Shown here one piece after another: positions 26,722 to 36,113 of a stretch of 55,456 nucleotides of DNA. Where the stretch lies: the IMG/VR virus record IMGVR_UViG_3300011335_000256, positions 1 through 55,456 of that record, one strand, 5' to 3'. Under the pieces are notes generated by a model. It saw nothing but the letters and a program-made list of their open reading frames with translations, was not told where the DNA came from and searched no databases. How positions within the stretch are numbered: the first letter of the stretch is position 1; the number at the start of each line of letters is the position of its first letter. The translations under genes were made by a program, and so were the position numbers. The DNA comes from a virus. Lineage: Duplodnaviria > Caudoviricetes.

Positions 26722-27345
26722 TTATCCTAGTGTTCTTGCGCGAGCAAGCATAGTTCCTGCCTGATTGGACCTGTTGTCAGCGAGGCGTAGGTCATCAATG
26801 CCCTTGGTGTACAGCGCCACCCATACAGGTATGCGCTCGTCGTTCTGCAGGTATGGTGCAGCTTGCAGCAGTGAGCCGTACAGGTAGATGTCTGGTGCCT
26901 GAGTCAACAGCCAGTTGGTTGTGTTGCTGACGCTCAACTTGGCGAGCTTGGCGTAGTAGTCAATCTCGTAGGCGTAGGTGCTGTCAGGCACTGGAAGAAC
27001 ACGAAAATTGCTGCCTATGATGGAGTAGAAGAGTGGCTTTCCAGCAGACAGGTAAGTAGTGTTTTGCAACTGGTCCAGGCTGTTCAGTGTCTCAAACTGG
27101 AGTGGTGTGATGGGGTTAGTCCCCGTCAGCTTCAGCGTCAATCCATCCAAGAAGTCAGTGGGCAGTGCGTTGTACTCGGCGGTGATGTTTCCCGTCCCGC
27201 GAGTCAGCATATTCCTGTTTCGCAGGACACGCTCAATCTGCGACTCAGCTAGGGTCACAAAGTCAGCAATTGCCGCTGTCAGGTCTGATCTATTGAGCCA
27301 ATCCGCAACTGATGTCTTCAGCTCGGCGTAGGTAGAGAGTGCCAT
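26722..27345 (-). CDS. Head-tail adaptor protein
   Basis: TYAELKTSVADWLNRSDL…LPTDFL…NWLL…PDIYLYGSL. Confidence 0.75.
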   Translation of the reverse strand: MALSTYAELKTSVADWLNRSDLTAAIADFVTLAESQIERVLRNRNMLTRGTGNITAEYNALPTDFLDGLTLKLTGTNPITPLQFETLNSLDQLQNTTYLSAGKPLFYSIIGSNFRVLPVPDSTYAYEIDYYAKLAKLSVSNTTNWLLTQAPDIYLYGSLLQAAPYLQNDERIPVWVALYTKGIDDLRLADNRSNQAGTMLARARTLG

Positions 27346-27981
27346 TTACGCCTCCTTGTCCTGCAAATCCTTGACTACCCAAGTATGCTCGTGCCGAAAT
27401 TCAAAGGTCCCAATGTGGCCTATCTCTCGGGAGACATCATGGTCAATGTAGATTTTATACCCAATCTCCTTTGCCTTGAGGCAGAAGAAGACATCCTCGC
27501 CGACATAGCCCCGCTTGTCATTTCTCCAAGGCGTCTCAAACCAAGGCTCGGACATCTTCTTGAAGACGTCTGCCTTGATCAGCATTACCCCCATGCCAAT
27601 GGTGTCCACCTCCTGCAAACCGTGGTCCTCCAAGGTGCTGTAGATTAGCTTGTTGCCAACCTTGGCAGTTGGGCCTGTCGGCATCCTGCGTCTGGCGCAG
27701 TTGGTAGCCACGATGTCAAGGTCATGCGCCATCAGCCGCTGGATCATGTCCTGCGGGAAGGTCATGTCAGAGTCAATGAACAGGATGTGGCTGCAACCCT
27801 CGCGCATCGCGTCCAGCGCCAGCTCTGCCCTCTGATTCTGTATCAGCGTACCTTGCATGATTTTGAGGTCAATGCGGTCATCGGTGTTGCAGGCGTGATA
27901 GGCCACCATGTTTACCAAGCAATAGGCGTACTGGGTGTGAACCATGTCACGCGCTGGAGTGCAAACCGCAATAATTGTCAT
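27346..27981 (-). CDS. GT-A fold (family 2-like) glycosyltransferase
   Basis: HILFIDSDM (DxD), GMGVMLIK..VF, GEDVFFC, GHIG. Confidence 0.82.
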   Translation of the reverse strand: MTIIAVCTPARDMVHTQYAYCLVNMVAYHACNTDDRIDLKIMQGTLIQNQRAELALDAMREGCSHILFIDSDMTFPQDMIQRLMAHDLDIVATNCARRRMPTGPTAKVGNKLIYSTLEDHGLQEVDTIGMGVMLIKADVFKKMSEPWFETPWRNDKRGYVGEDVFFCLKAKEIGYKIYIDHDVSREIGHIGTFEFRHEHTWVVKDLQDKEA

Positions 27982-28292
27982 ACTTGTCCTGGTCGTGTTC
28001 TGAAGAATCTGTTGTCGGGGTCATTGAGCCAGCGTTTCATGTAGGCTTGATCTGTAATCTTGCCGCTGGACTGCAATTCGTAATAGATGTTGAGTGGAAT
28101 GCTTGCCACCTTGTGCCACTCGCCTGTCCAGTTGGCCTTGTTGTCGGTAGCGTTGAACTGGTCCTTGTTCTCCTCCACCACATTGGAGACATCCTGCTGA
28201 GTCTCAATGGTTGCCTCATCAGTCAATGGGTTGTAGTGCCAAAGCCTGGTGATGCCTGTTGTCTCGTCTTTGTCAAAGATTCGTGTTTCCAT
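27978..28292 (-). CDS. Hypothetical head-module protein
   Basis: METRIFD…HKVASIP…WLNDPDN..FRT; follows capsid gene. Confidence 0.75.
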   Translation of the reverse strand: METRIFDKDETTGITRLWHYNPLTDEATIETQQDVSNVVEENKDQFNATDNKANWTGEWHKVASIPLNIYYELQSSGKITDQAYMKRWLNDPDNRFFRTRPGQV

Positions 28293-28299
28293 ATTTTGA

Positions 28300-28328
28300 A
28301 GGTGGACCAAGTTTCCCTGGCCCACCCC
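28300..28328 (-). terminator. Hairpin after the major capsid gene
   Basis: GGTGGGCCAGG-GAAA-CTTGGTCCACC on the minus strand. Confidence 0.5.
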
Positions 28329-28333
28329 TCCGT

Positions 28334-29290
28334 TTAGGACGTTACCAAGTCGGCAGCAAGACCGTGAGCATTCTCACTGGTGATCTTCAGGCCGTACTCA
28401 ACAATCAGCAGCCGCTTCTCAGCGTCACCCGTCTTTGCCAGTTCCATCTGCTGGAAAGGACGCAGGTACGCAACTGATGCGTACTCAGGGTCCAGCACCA
28501 GCGCATCACGCTCGCGTTGGAACCGATTCGCCACCACAGTCACGTTGCCAAAGTCGCTGACGTAGACATCAGCAGCACCAACGATAGTGGCGGGTTTAGC
28601 GCCGCCTTCGATGTTGTAGCGGGTTGCAGCAATACCTGCAAAACCACTCACTCGTTGCTTGTTCACCGGGCCTGTCATCAGGATTTTCGGTGTGCCGCCA
28701 GATGTCCAGGTCTTTTGAATCACATTCTTGAGAATGGTTTCAGTGAAGGTCCGAACAGTGCCATCGGTACGCAAGCTGTTTGGCAGCGTTGTGTAAGACG
28801 GGTCAGTGCCAGTTGTATCAGTGTTGGTCTTGATGAAGGCCAGGACAGAGCCGGTAGTACGTGCAGCACTGGTGCTACCTGCACTTGCGACCTGGCTTTG
28901 CACCATCACCAATTCCATGTCACGCTTCAACTCAGCGCCCTTCTTAGCCAACTGGTAGGCCAACTCAGACTTACGTCCAGCCTTGTTGACAACTTCCTCG
29001 GTGTTTGACAGCACAACCGTTTTGCGGCTGATCTGGCAATAGTTCTGCATCCGCACCGTTGCGGTTACAGGGTCATACGTGCCAATATCGTCCCCTTCAA
29101 GCTGAGCATTGGTAGCCGCAGCCTGTAGCGAGTCCGTTTGCCACTCGTACAGCGTGTTTTGCACACTGTCTTTTCCAATGTTGGATTGGAACGGCGTCTC
29201 CTCTGGTGAGATGTTGTAGATGATGTTGCTGAGATTTTCACGGATACCCTTGGCAGAGTATGTGGTGAATGTATTGCTTACGATAGCCAT
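28334..29290 (-). CDS. Major capsid protein (DUF5309/SU10-like)
   Basis: RENLSNIIYNISPEETPF, EWQTD, NYCQI, ELKRDME, YVSDFG, LAKTGD. Confidence 0.88.
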   Translation of the reverse strand: MAIVSNTFTTYSAKGIRENLSNIIYNISPEETPFQSNIGKDSVQNTLYEWQTDSLQAAATNAQLEGDDIGTYDPVTATVRMQNYCQISRKTVVLSNTEEVVNKAGRKSELAYQLAKKGAELKRDMELVMVQSQVASAGSTSAARTTGSVLAFIKTNTDTTGTDPSYTTLPNSLRTDGTVRTFTETILKNVIQKTWTSGGTPKILMTGPVNKQRVSGFAGIAATRYNIEGGAKPATIVGAADVYVSDFGNVTVVANRFQRERDALVLDPEYASVAYLRPFQQMELAKTGDAEKRLLIVEYGLKITSENAHGLAADLVTS

Positions 29291-29296
29291 TTTGAA

Positions 29297-30238
29297 TTAC
29301 CTCAAAAGATGTTCAATTGCGGAAGCCGCATCGTTGACGCGACCAGTTTTAGCAAGACGTTGTTGAGACCTTCTAGCATCAGTTACGTTGTCCATTCTCC
29401 CCGCTGCACCTGGCTTGGCGGGTTTAGGCCCATTGTTGACCGCTGGCCTGATGTTGCCCCTCTTGGTCATCATCTGGTCGTACAGCGCAGCCTTACGCAG
29501 CGCAACGACAGCACGGTGGTCAAAAATATTCTTCAGCTCGTCAGAGGAAAAGCCTAGCTTCTGCCCCCACTCGATAAGCAACGTCTTTTCAGCCTTGGCC
29601 TTGTCTGGATTGCTCCACTCAGGGATGGCTTTGAGCATGGCATCTTGCTGTTGTGCGAGGTGTGCCTGCATAGACTGATATTGCTCTTGCGCCTGGATGT
29701 GAGAGAGTCGCTGCCTTTCAGACTGAATAGCTGCGTGTACTTTCTCGGCATCTCTTGCAAGTTCCTTTTGCCTCACCCACTCGATTGGGTCTTCGCTATA
29801 AAGACGATCCATATCAAGTTTAGGTGCAGCGTTTTGCTGAAGTTGCGCCTGGAGTGACCCCAATAACTGGGAATACTGCTGGCGCTCCGTCCGCACAAGT
29901 TCAGCCTCTGCCTGGAACGCCCTTCGTTCCTCGGACACTTGCTGAGTCTTGCGGGTGTAGTCTGCTTCTCGGCTGTAGCCTTTTTGGAGTTCTTCAAGCG
30001 TGACCTCAACATTCTTGCCGTCAACTTTGACGGTGAATACGGGTGGCTTGTCCTCCTCCTCCTCGGCCTCATCCTCATCAGGCTGTTCCCCATCGGAGTC
30101 TTGCAATTCCTCCTCTGGAGCCGCTGAGTCAACTTCCGTCAACTCTTCATGCACCTCAACGTCCTGTTGGTCCCCACCTTCCGATGGCAACATCGCGTTG
30201 ATTGCATTCGCCGCATTGGCAATATTTAGGTTATCCAT
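29297..30238 (-). CDS. Capsid scaffolding protein
   Basis: Acidic N-terminus, TVKVDG..VEVTLEEL..GYSR.ADYTRKTQ, coiled coil. Confidence 0.85.
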   Translation of the reverse strand: MDNLNIANAANAINAMLPSEGGDQQDVEVHEELTEVDSAAPEEELQDSDGEQPDEDEAEEEEDKPPVFTVKVDGKNVEVTLEELQKGYSREADYTRKTQQVSEERRAFQAEAELVRTERQQYSQLLGSLQAQLQQNAAPKLDMDRLYSEDPIEWVRQKELARDAEKVHAAIQSERQRLSHIQAQEQYQSMQAHLAQQQDAMLKAIPEWSNPDKAKAEKTLLIEWGQKLGFSSDELKNIFDHRAVVALRKAALYDQMMTKRGNIRPAVNNGPKPAKPGAAGRMDNVTDARRSQQRLAKTGRVNDAASAIEHLLR

Positions 30239-30251
30239 GTTTCAGTTCCTT

Positions 30252-30506
30252 TCATTTACGGGTGCGTTCCAATTTCTTACGCTCCACCCAACCGTTGTCG
30301 ATCATCTTCTTCAGCTCAGTTTTCAACATATCAATGCTTTGCAGCATCGCCCACGCTTGCTCACGTTTTGCAGATTCATCGGGAAGGCTAGACTTCCACT
30401 TGTAAACCTGGATATCTTGAAGCTGTTGCAGGGCATTGGTAAAAACCTCGTCTTGGAGCAGTAGCTCTGACTTGTTGCCCTTGCGGATGATGTCTTCCTC
30501 GGTCAT
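30252..30506 (-). CDS. Small hypothetical protein between portal and scaffold
   Basis: 84 aa helical, ATGA overlap. Confidence 0.7.
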   Translation of the reverse strand: MTEEDIIRKGNKSELLLQDEVFTNALQQLQDIQVYKWKSSLPDESAKREQAWAMLQSIDMLKTELKKMIDNGWVERKKLERTRK

Positions 30507-32560
30507 TGAAAGGTTCCTAGTTGTTGTTGTTTAAGCATCTCACGGTCAATGTTCTGTTGAGCCGTAATCTCAGCCGTACTGATTTGGGTGTTGTACTTCA
30601 GCTCCATCTCGTACTTCTTCAGAGCCATCTCTTGGTACATCTTGTCTCGCGCAAAGTCATCATCCATCACCATCTTCTGGCGGCTGAGTTCAAGTTCTGC
30701 TGCCTTCTTCTGGATGTCGGCTTGTATGCTCTGAGCCTGAACCTGCGCCAGCATCTCCTCTGGGGTTGGCTTGGGTGCGGGTGGTGCTGGCGGCTGGTAG
30801 TCGGCGGGTATCTGGTTGAAGAACTGGCTGGGGTCTTTGAAACCGTTCAGCTCCACAATCTTCCGCAGGGTGCTGCTGTACTGTGCTGGCGTCACCAAGG
30901 GATTCACCACACCAAGTTGGGTCAGCACTTCTTGCTGCTTGGCGCTGATCTGCATCAGTGCCGCCACGCGCTCGTTGGTGTCTCCGTTGCCCATGCCAAT
31001 GTTGATGGAGCAATCCATTGCAGCGTCCCAGGCTCGGGGGTCAATCTGCACAAACTCATTCCGCAGGCGCACCATGCGAGCCTTGTCCTGGTGGGTGGTC
31101 ACCAAGAACAAGATGCTCTTGAACAACTTCTTCATGCCCTCTGCCATGATGCGGCTGATCAACTCAATGCGGCCTTGGCTGGCTGAGATAGTCGCTGCCA
31201 CTGCCGCCTTGGTGCTGGACTGCAAGGCGTCAGCGTTCAGGCCCATAGCCGCCTTGCTCATGCCAGTACGGTCCTCACGCAGTTGGTCCATGTAGTCCAG
31301 CATTGGGAATGCTGCCTGTCCCACAAATGGCGTACTGAACGGCTGCACCATGTTGGGTGCCCTCATGCGGATGATTGCGCCTGTCTCGTTGTTCAGGACA
31401 TCCTCAATGTTGACTTGACCCTCCACAATGGCAGTCCTTGGGTGAATGCTCTGCGCTAGGGAGTCCAGCGTGTTCCTAAGAATCTCGCTCTTGATCTCTT
31501 GCAGGTCATGCGTGATGTCAAAGATGGACATGGCCTCCAAGGGTGAGGTGTGTGGCTCGGGGTCACAGGGGAAGTCAATGAACGGAATGTAGCTTGCTGG
31601 CAAGTTCCGCAGAATCTTGTAGCCGCTGCCGATACAGCAGATTTTCCGCAGCTCGGGTATACCGTCCCTGTCGTAGTCAATCCGCAGGTACGCCTCAACG
31701 TACAGCACCCTTTCCATCATGGGGTTGGCGCTCTCTACAGACACACCAAACGCGCTCACGGGCTGACGCGCTAGGTACTCTTCGTTCGTGTCCAAGTCGG
31801 TGCTGGTGATGTTCTCCCGCACCTCGTCTTCGTCGTAGCCCAACTCAATCAGTTGCGCCACTGTCGCCATCTGGCGGTGGGCAATGATGGCTGAGTCATC
31901 AAATGACCTAGCTCGGCGGTCCAGCAGCAGTTCTTCTGGCGGCACGGACATAATCCTCACCCGTCCACCCTTGATCTTCCGCTTGATCTGGACGTCGTGC
32001 AACTGACCCATCATCTGGTCAGGATAGGTGTTCATCACCATCACATCAGTCTGCTCTTGCATCAGTATCTGCAGCGTCTGGTCATCAAGGCCAGAATACT
32101 CCTCAATCCGGACAGTCTCGTCCTCCTCCCACCAGCACTTCATAATCCCGCACTTCCGCACCAGGCTGTCCTTGAAGGTGGCGTAGGTGGTCAGGAAACC
32201 GTTGTTGTCAGAGTTGAAGATGAAGTTGCAGTAGTCGGTAGCCTGCTGTGCGTTGGCAACGTCCTCTGGTCCCGTCGGCACAAACTCAACAGTGTTCTCG
32301 CTGCTGAAGAAGATACGCATCAGGCTTGGCATCATGGCTGATACGGTATCGCGCACCTCCATAGCCACCACCTGGCTGCGTCCCTCTTCCTCGGTGCCGA
32401 ACAAATCGCCACGGTAATACTCAGTACCCTTGGCTCGAATGGGACTCAGGTCAGTGTCAATGTAGCTGACTGCATCGGTCAGCTCCATGTTGATGATGCC
32501 CTGCAGCTCGTCCAGGTCCATCACCTCAACGGCCTGGGTGTCAGTGTTTAGATTTTCCAT
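30503..32560 (-). CDS. Portal protein
   Basis: EYYRG…GRSQVV…VRDTV…P.GPED…A.QATDY; C-terminal coiled barrel; start MENLNT at 32560. Confidence 0.9.
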   Translation of the reverse strand: MENLNTDTQAVEVMDLDELQGIINMELTDAVSYIDTDLSPIRAKGTEYYRGDLFGTEEEGRSQVVAMEVRDTVSAMMPSLMRIFFSSENTVEFVPTGPEDVANAQQATDYCNFIFNSDNNGFLTTYATFKDSLVRKCGIMKCWWEEDETVRIEEYSGLDDQTLQILMQEQTDVMVMNTYPDQMMGQLHDVQIKRKIKGGRVRIMSVPPEELLLDRRARSFDDSAIIAHRQMATVAQLIELGYDEDEVRENITSTDLDTNEEYLARQPVSAFGVSVESANPMMERVLYVEAYLRIDYDRDGIPELRKICCIGSGYKILRNLPASYIPFIDFPCDPEPHTSPLEAMSIFDITHDLQEIKSEILRNTLDSLAQSIHPRTAIVEGQVNIEDVLNNETGAIIRMRAPNMVQPFSTPFVGQAAFPMLDYMDQLREDRTGMSKAAMGLNADALQSSTKAAVAATISASQGRIELISRIMAEGMKKLFKSILFLVTTHQDKARMVRLRNEFVQIDPRAWDAAMDCSINIGMGNGDTNERVAALMQISAKQQEVLTQLGVVNPLVTPAQYSSTLRKIVELNGFKDPSQFFNQIPADYQPPAPPAPKPTPEEMLAQVQAQSIQADIQKKAAELELSRQKMVMDDDFARDKMYQEMALKKYEMELKYNTQISTAEITAQQNIDREMLKQQQLGTFQ

Positions 32561-32561
32561 T

Positions 32562-33245
32562 TCAAAACCATTCTTTTGCGTAGTTTGGACGATTCTTGTC
32601 AATCCAAGGTTTAGCCGCCAGCGTCAGTTCGTATGCGTTCCGTCCTATGGTGCTGCTTCCAATGTGGTGAACGTAGCTGGCACTAAGAAAGTGCTTGTAG
32701 CCCTTCTTCTCCAAGTCAGCGCAGATGACATCATCGCTGAAGTAATTAATCGGTGGAAACTGACAATCCTCAAACGCCTCTGCAGACATCCAAGCAAATA
32801 TAGGGCTGACAACAGACAACGGCCTGACAAATGACTCATGCGTGAACTGCATATTATTCAGCACCTCGCCGTCATTCCACCTGATATTCTGGTACGGCCT
32901 GACTGCATCGGACCTTGACGCCACCAGTCCAGGGTTTTGGTTTAACTCCTTGCAAATAGCAACATCGTCCAGCAACATCCTATAACTATTTGGCGTCAAG
33001 ACAATATCATCGTTTGCTATCACTACAGCCCCATAACCATCACTCAGCGCCCTGCGAATCACTGCGTTGTAGTCATCACCAAAGTTGGTGGCCTCACCCA
33101 ATATCAGGGTGCAGCCGTATCCGCTAACCACCTTCTCTGGACCCTTGAGATACACCTGAACGTCAGGTGCGTACTGCCTGATACTCTCAAGCAGTACGGG
33201 TAAACCCTTACCGTGGACGGTGCTGATGACAATGGGAGGGTTCAT
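32562..33245 (-). CDS. GT-A fold (family 2-like) glycosyltransferase
   Basis: NFGDDYN, VIANDDIVL, YFSDD..C, YVHHIGSST. Confidence 0.78.
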   Translation of the reverse strand: MNPPIVISTVHGKGLPVLLESIRQYAPDVQVYLKGPEKVVSGYGCTLILGEATNFGDDYNAVIRRALSDGYGAVVIANDDIVLTPNSYRMLLDDVAICKELNQNPGLVASRSDAVRPYQNIRWNDGEVLNNMQFTHESFVRPLSVVSPIFAWMSAEAFEDCQFPPINYFSDDVICADLEKKGYKHFLSASYVHHIGSSTIGRNAYELTLAAKPWIDKNRPNYAKEWF

Positions 33246-33673
33246 TCTTCCAGCTCTGTGTCCATTTCCTCGTCTTCAACAATCCAAGCATCACAGGTAC
33301 GGCTGGCTGCACACTTGAAGTCAAATATCTCGCAGTACCCCAAGTCACCAGCCTCAACCACATCCTCATTCCCGATACCCTCGGCAATGCACTCCAGCAT
33401 CTCCTCGTCCTGATTGAACGCCGAGCAGTTACCGCATCGGCTCATCTTGGCGTCCTTGGCGCTGACGTCCCATTTCTCTGCCTTCCGCATCCAAAACTCG
33501 GTATTGGGCAGCTTGGGGTTCTCAGGACCGTATGCGGCCTTGGTAATCGCCTTCTCCCGGTTCTTCAGGTTGAGCGTTACGTCTTGGGTTGCCTCTGGAC
33601 AACTGTCGCCAGGCTCCTTGCCGCCCATGATGATCATCACGGCGTGTTGCATATCCTTGGGTATGGTTCTCAT
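33242..33673 (-). CDS. Cys-rich hypothetical protein (HiPIP-like spacing)
   Basis: RCGNCSAF…GYCEIFDFKCAASRTCDAW. Confidence 0.7.
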   Translation of the reverse strand: MRTIPKDMQHAVMIIMGGKEPGDSCPEATQDVTLNLKNREKAITKAAYGPENPKLPNTEFWMRKAEKWDVSAKDAKMSRCGNCSAFNQDEEMLECIAEGIGNEDVVEAGDLGYCEIFDFKCAASRTCDAWIVEDEEMDTELEE

Positions 33674-33828
33674 TTCATCCCCTTCTTCATCTTCTGCGCC
33701 TCGGACATGGCGATCGCCACGGCCTGGTCACGGGTCTTGACCTTCTGACCGGAGCTGCTCATCAGCTTCTTGTCTTTAAATTCACCCATCACCTTTGCAA
33801 TTTTCTTGGTTGCTGCTGTAAGTTTCAT
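33670..33828 (-). CDS. Small basic protein (DUF6496-like)
   Basis: KIAKVMGEFK…L.SSSGQKVKTRDQAVAIAMSEA; ATGA overlaps on both sides. Confidence 0.7.
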   Translation of the reverse strand: MKLTAATKKIAKVMGEFKDKKLMSSSGQKVKTRDQAVAIAMSEAQKMKKGMK

Positions 33829-35234
33829 GCTGCCCTCGTCAGGTTACGTTTCAAACTCGAACCATACTTATGCATCTGCGAGCCGAACATTGCAGTCCCG
33901 GCATCGCTGGCAAATGTAAGGCAAAAGGCGTCTGCCTTGTCGGGTGACGCCAAGCCACGCTTACGAATCTCGTCCTTGCCCTCAATCTGAATTTTACCCC
34001 CGCTGGTAAAGAAGTACCTCACTGTCGCCAGTTCAGCAATCAGACTCTCATCCTTGGGAATAACGCAGTCACGCTTCTCCAGCCATGCCTTGGCCTTGTG
34101 CCACAACTCAGCCTTCAAATTCCTGTACGTACTCCCCAATGCCGGGGATTCTGCCACGTTAATGCCAATGGCTGGCAACTTCAGCTCACGCAGCCTGTCC
34201 ACCACACCAGCCCCCAACCCAATACTATCCACCATAATCTCATGCGGACGCTGGTCCGGTGGCAATGCTTGGTACTCAGCCATCACAGCACCAGTCAGTT
34301 GCATCAGGTCCAGGTTCTTCCACGTTTTGACTGGCTCGGTAACTGCATTACCCTGCCGCTTGCATAATGCGCTCCTGTCACTGCCAAACCTGGCAACGTC
34401 CAGCCCCCACACAACCTTGGCTATTGGGCTGACTGCTACGTCCCTGTTGGTTGCAGCCTCCAGCAGCTCCATCGGTATCACCGTATCGTCATCGCTCCTT
34501 GGGAAGTCGCCCAGCACCCGGATTCGGTAGGCGTTGGACTCCTCGCCGTACCTAGACTTCATCTCGTCCATGTAGGCGTCTGACACCCTCGGGCTGTCGG
34601 CGCAGCTCACCTTCATGGTCACCCAGTCATCCTTCAGGCGGTTGTGCGTATCAAAAAAGAATCCGCTGCTGCGTACCGGGTTGCCTAAGAGTAGCGTCAC
34701 GGCCTTGTGGCCCGACATACTGCCTGCTGCCGCCTCGAATACCTGCTCTGGTATACCGCTAGCCTCGTCAGCCACCAGCATCACGTTGTCGGAGTGGACG
34801 CCCTGTAGCGCCTCGGGCTGCTCTGCGCGTGATGTCCTAGCGCTGATGAACGCCTCTGTCGGTGCCTCCTTAACCTCGATCCGGTCCTGCTTCACCTCCA
34901 GTTGCTCCTGCAGCGTTGGCGGTAGCGCCTTCACCCAGCGTTTCAACTCAGCAAACAGCGCATCGTAGAGTTGGCTGCTGGTGGGGGCTGTCACCACAAT
35001 CTTGACGGGGAAGCGCAGCAGCAGATACCAAATGATTGCCCAGGACGCTGCCGTACTCTTGCCTACGCCATGTCCGGACCTGACGCTGATGCGCCTGTTG
35101 TTGGCTGCGATATGCCCCAAGAATTCCTCTTGCCAGGGGTCAGGCTTAACGCCAAGGACTTCCCTTACAAACAGCACAGGGTTGTTTTTATACAGCTTGG
35201 CAAAGGCAAGAAACGGATTAGCGTCAGTGGTCAT
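33825..35234 (-). CDS. terL: Terminase large subunit
   Basis: SVRSGHGVGKS Walker A, VADEASG Walker B, LGNP, GLDVARFGSD nuclease motif, SPDKADA. Confidence 0.95.
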   Translation of the reverse strand: MTTDANPFLAFAKLYKNNPVLFVREVLGVKPDPWQEEFLGHIAANNRRISVRSGHGVGKSTAASWAIIWYLLLRFPVKIVVTAPTSSQLYDALFAELKRWVKALPPTLQEQLEVKQDRIEVKEAPTEAFISARTSRAEQPEALQGVHSDNVMLVADEASGIPEQVFEAAAGSMSGHKAVTLLLGNPVRSSGFFFDTHNRLKDDWVTMKVSCADSPRVSDAYMDEMKSRYGEESNAYRIRVLGDFPRSDDDTVIPMELLEAATNRDVAVSPIAKVVWGLDVARFGSDRSALCKRQGNAVTEPVKTWKNLDLMQLTGAVMAEYQALPPDQRPHEIMVDSIGLGAGVVDRLRELKLPAIGINVAESPALGSTYRNLKAELWHKAKAWLEKRDCVIPKDESLIAELATVRYFFTSGGKIQIEGKDEIRKRGLASPDKADAFCLTFASDAGTAMFGSQMHKYGSSLKRNLTRAA

Positions 35235-35544
35235 ATTTCATATTATGCATTTTTTATTTTTTTTGGAAGGCGTGTTGCGAGTAGCGGTGGGTGGGGGGGT
35301 GCTTGGCGTGTAACGCTTGGCGTTACGTTTTATTTTTTACGTTATGTTTTATTTTTTTCGGTAGGCGTTTGGTGCTGCAACTGCCGCCCCCGCCGTTGGC
35401 GCTGACGGGGGGGGGGTAACCCGGCTGGCGCGGCAGGATGGAGCCGCCAGCGTCTGGACTCACCATGTTGCGTAAAACATACGGAAACAGCAGTTATGCA
35501 CCGAATGCTTAATACGATGTCCATTATGTTAACAAGCAAATGCC

Positions 35545-35632
35545 TTATCCACAGGCTATACAGACACTTTAGCCATATCCTGTAGTTATCCACAGGATAG
35601 AGCTGGAAAGTCTACGTTTCGCCTGTGGATAA
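35545..35632. promoter_or_regulatory. Three perfect DnaA boxes (TTATCCACA)
   Basis: TTATCCACAGG at 35545 and 35586, and inverted CCTGTGGATAA at 35622-35632. Confidence 0.75.
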
Positions 35633-36046
35633 GTCTTCGACCACCTCAAGCTGGCGCAAGGCGTCCAGGCGCAGGTTGCCGATATTGACCGTCACCGCTG
35701 CCTGCTTCGCGCCGTATGTCTTAGCGTCCCACCTCTCGGCGAGCCACTGGCGCGTCCTGATGCGGTGCATCGGCTTGCTCGGGTTATCGTCGGAGATGGT
35801 GTCGGCTATCTCCACAGTCTCGCAAGCCATCATATCGGCAGCACGCACGCGTGCGCGTAGTATATCCGGCTCATAACCGTTATCTTCAATCCAAGTCTCA
35901 AGCGCACGCTTGCTAATGCCCAATTCAATGCAGACATTAGCAATTGACTTACCCACCTCGATCATCGAAAAGACGATTTCCTTGTCGATTGACTCCAGCA
36001 TGGCGATGTCTGCCTTCCGCTTCACATACATCTTTAAACGCTCCAC
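35612..36046 (-). CDS. terS: Terminase small subunit (start may be 36031)
   Basis: N-terminal HTH, AR..AAD…EIAD…RI.TRQWLAERW…YG, typical of Sf6-like TerS; upstream of terL. Confidence 0.8.
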   Translation of the reverse strand: MERLKMYVKRKADIAMLESIDKEIVFSMIEVGKSIANVCIELGISKRALETWIEDNGYEPDILRARVRAADMMACETVEIADTISDDNPSKPMHRIRTRQWLAERWDAKTYGAKQAAVTVNIGNLRLDALRQLEVVEDLSTGET

Positions 36047-36113
36047 AATCGTCTATCGTTGAACCAAGCACCCCAAGTACCACTCTGTACCTTTGATGCC
36101 ACCTGAGTCGATT

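Noticed and set aside
26018-26764. Long antisense ORFs (e.g. 26018-26764, 30521-31186, 346-1008, 19112-19672)
   Set aside because: Shadows or alternative frames of well-supported genes with biased codon use; no RBS or motifs
35287-35416. G-runs as a G-quadruplex element
   Set aside because: The runs are not arranged as four closely spaced G3 tracts; noted only as part of the terS-terL gap
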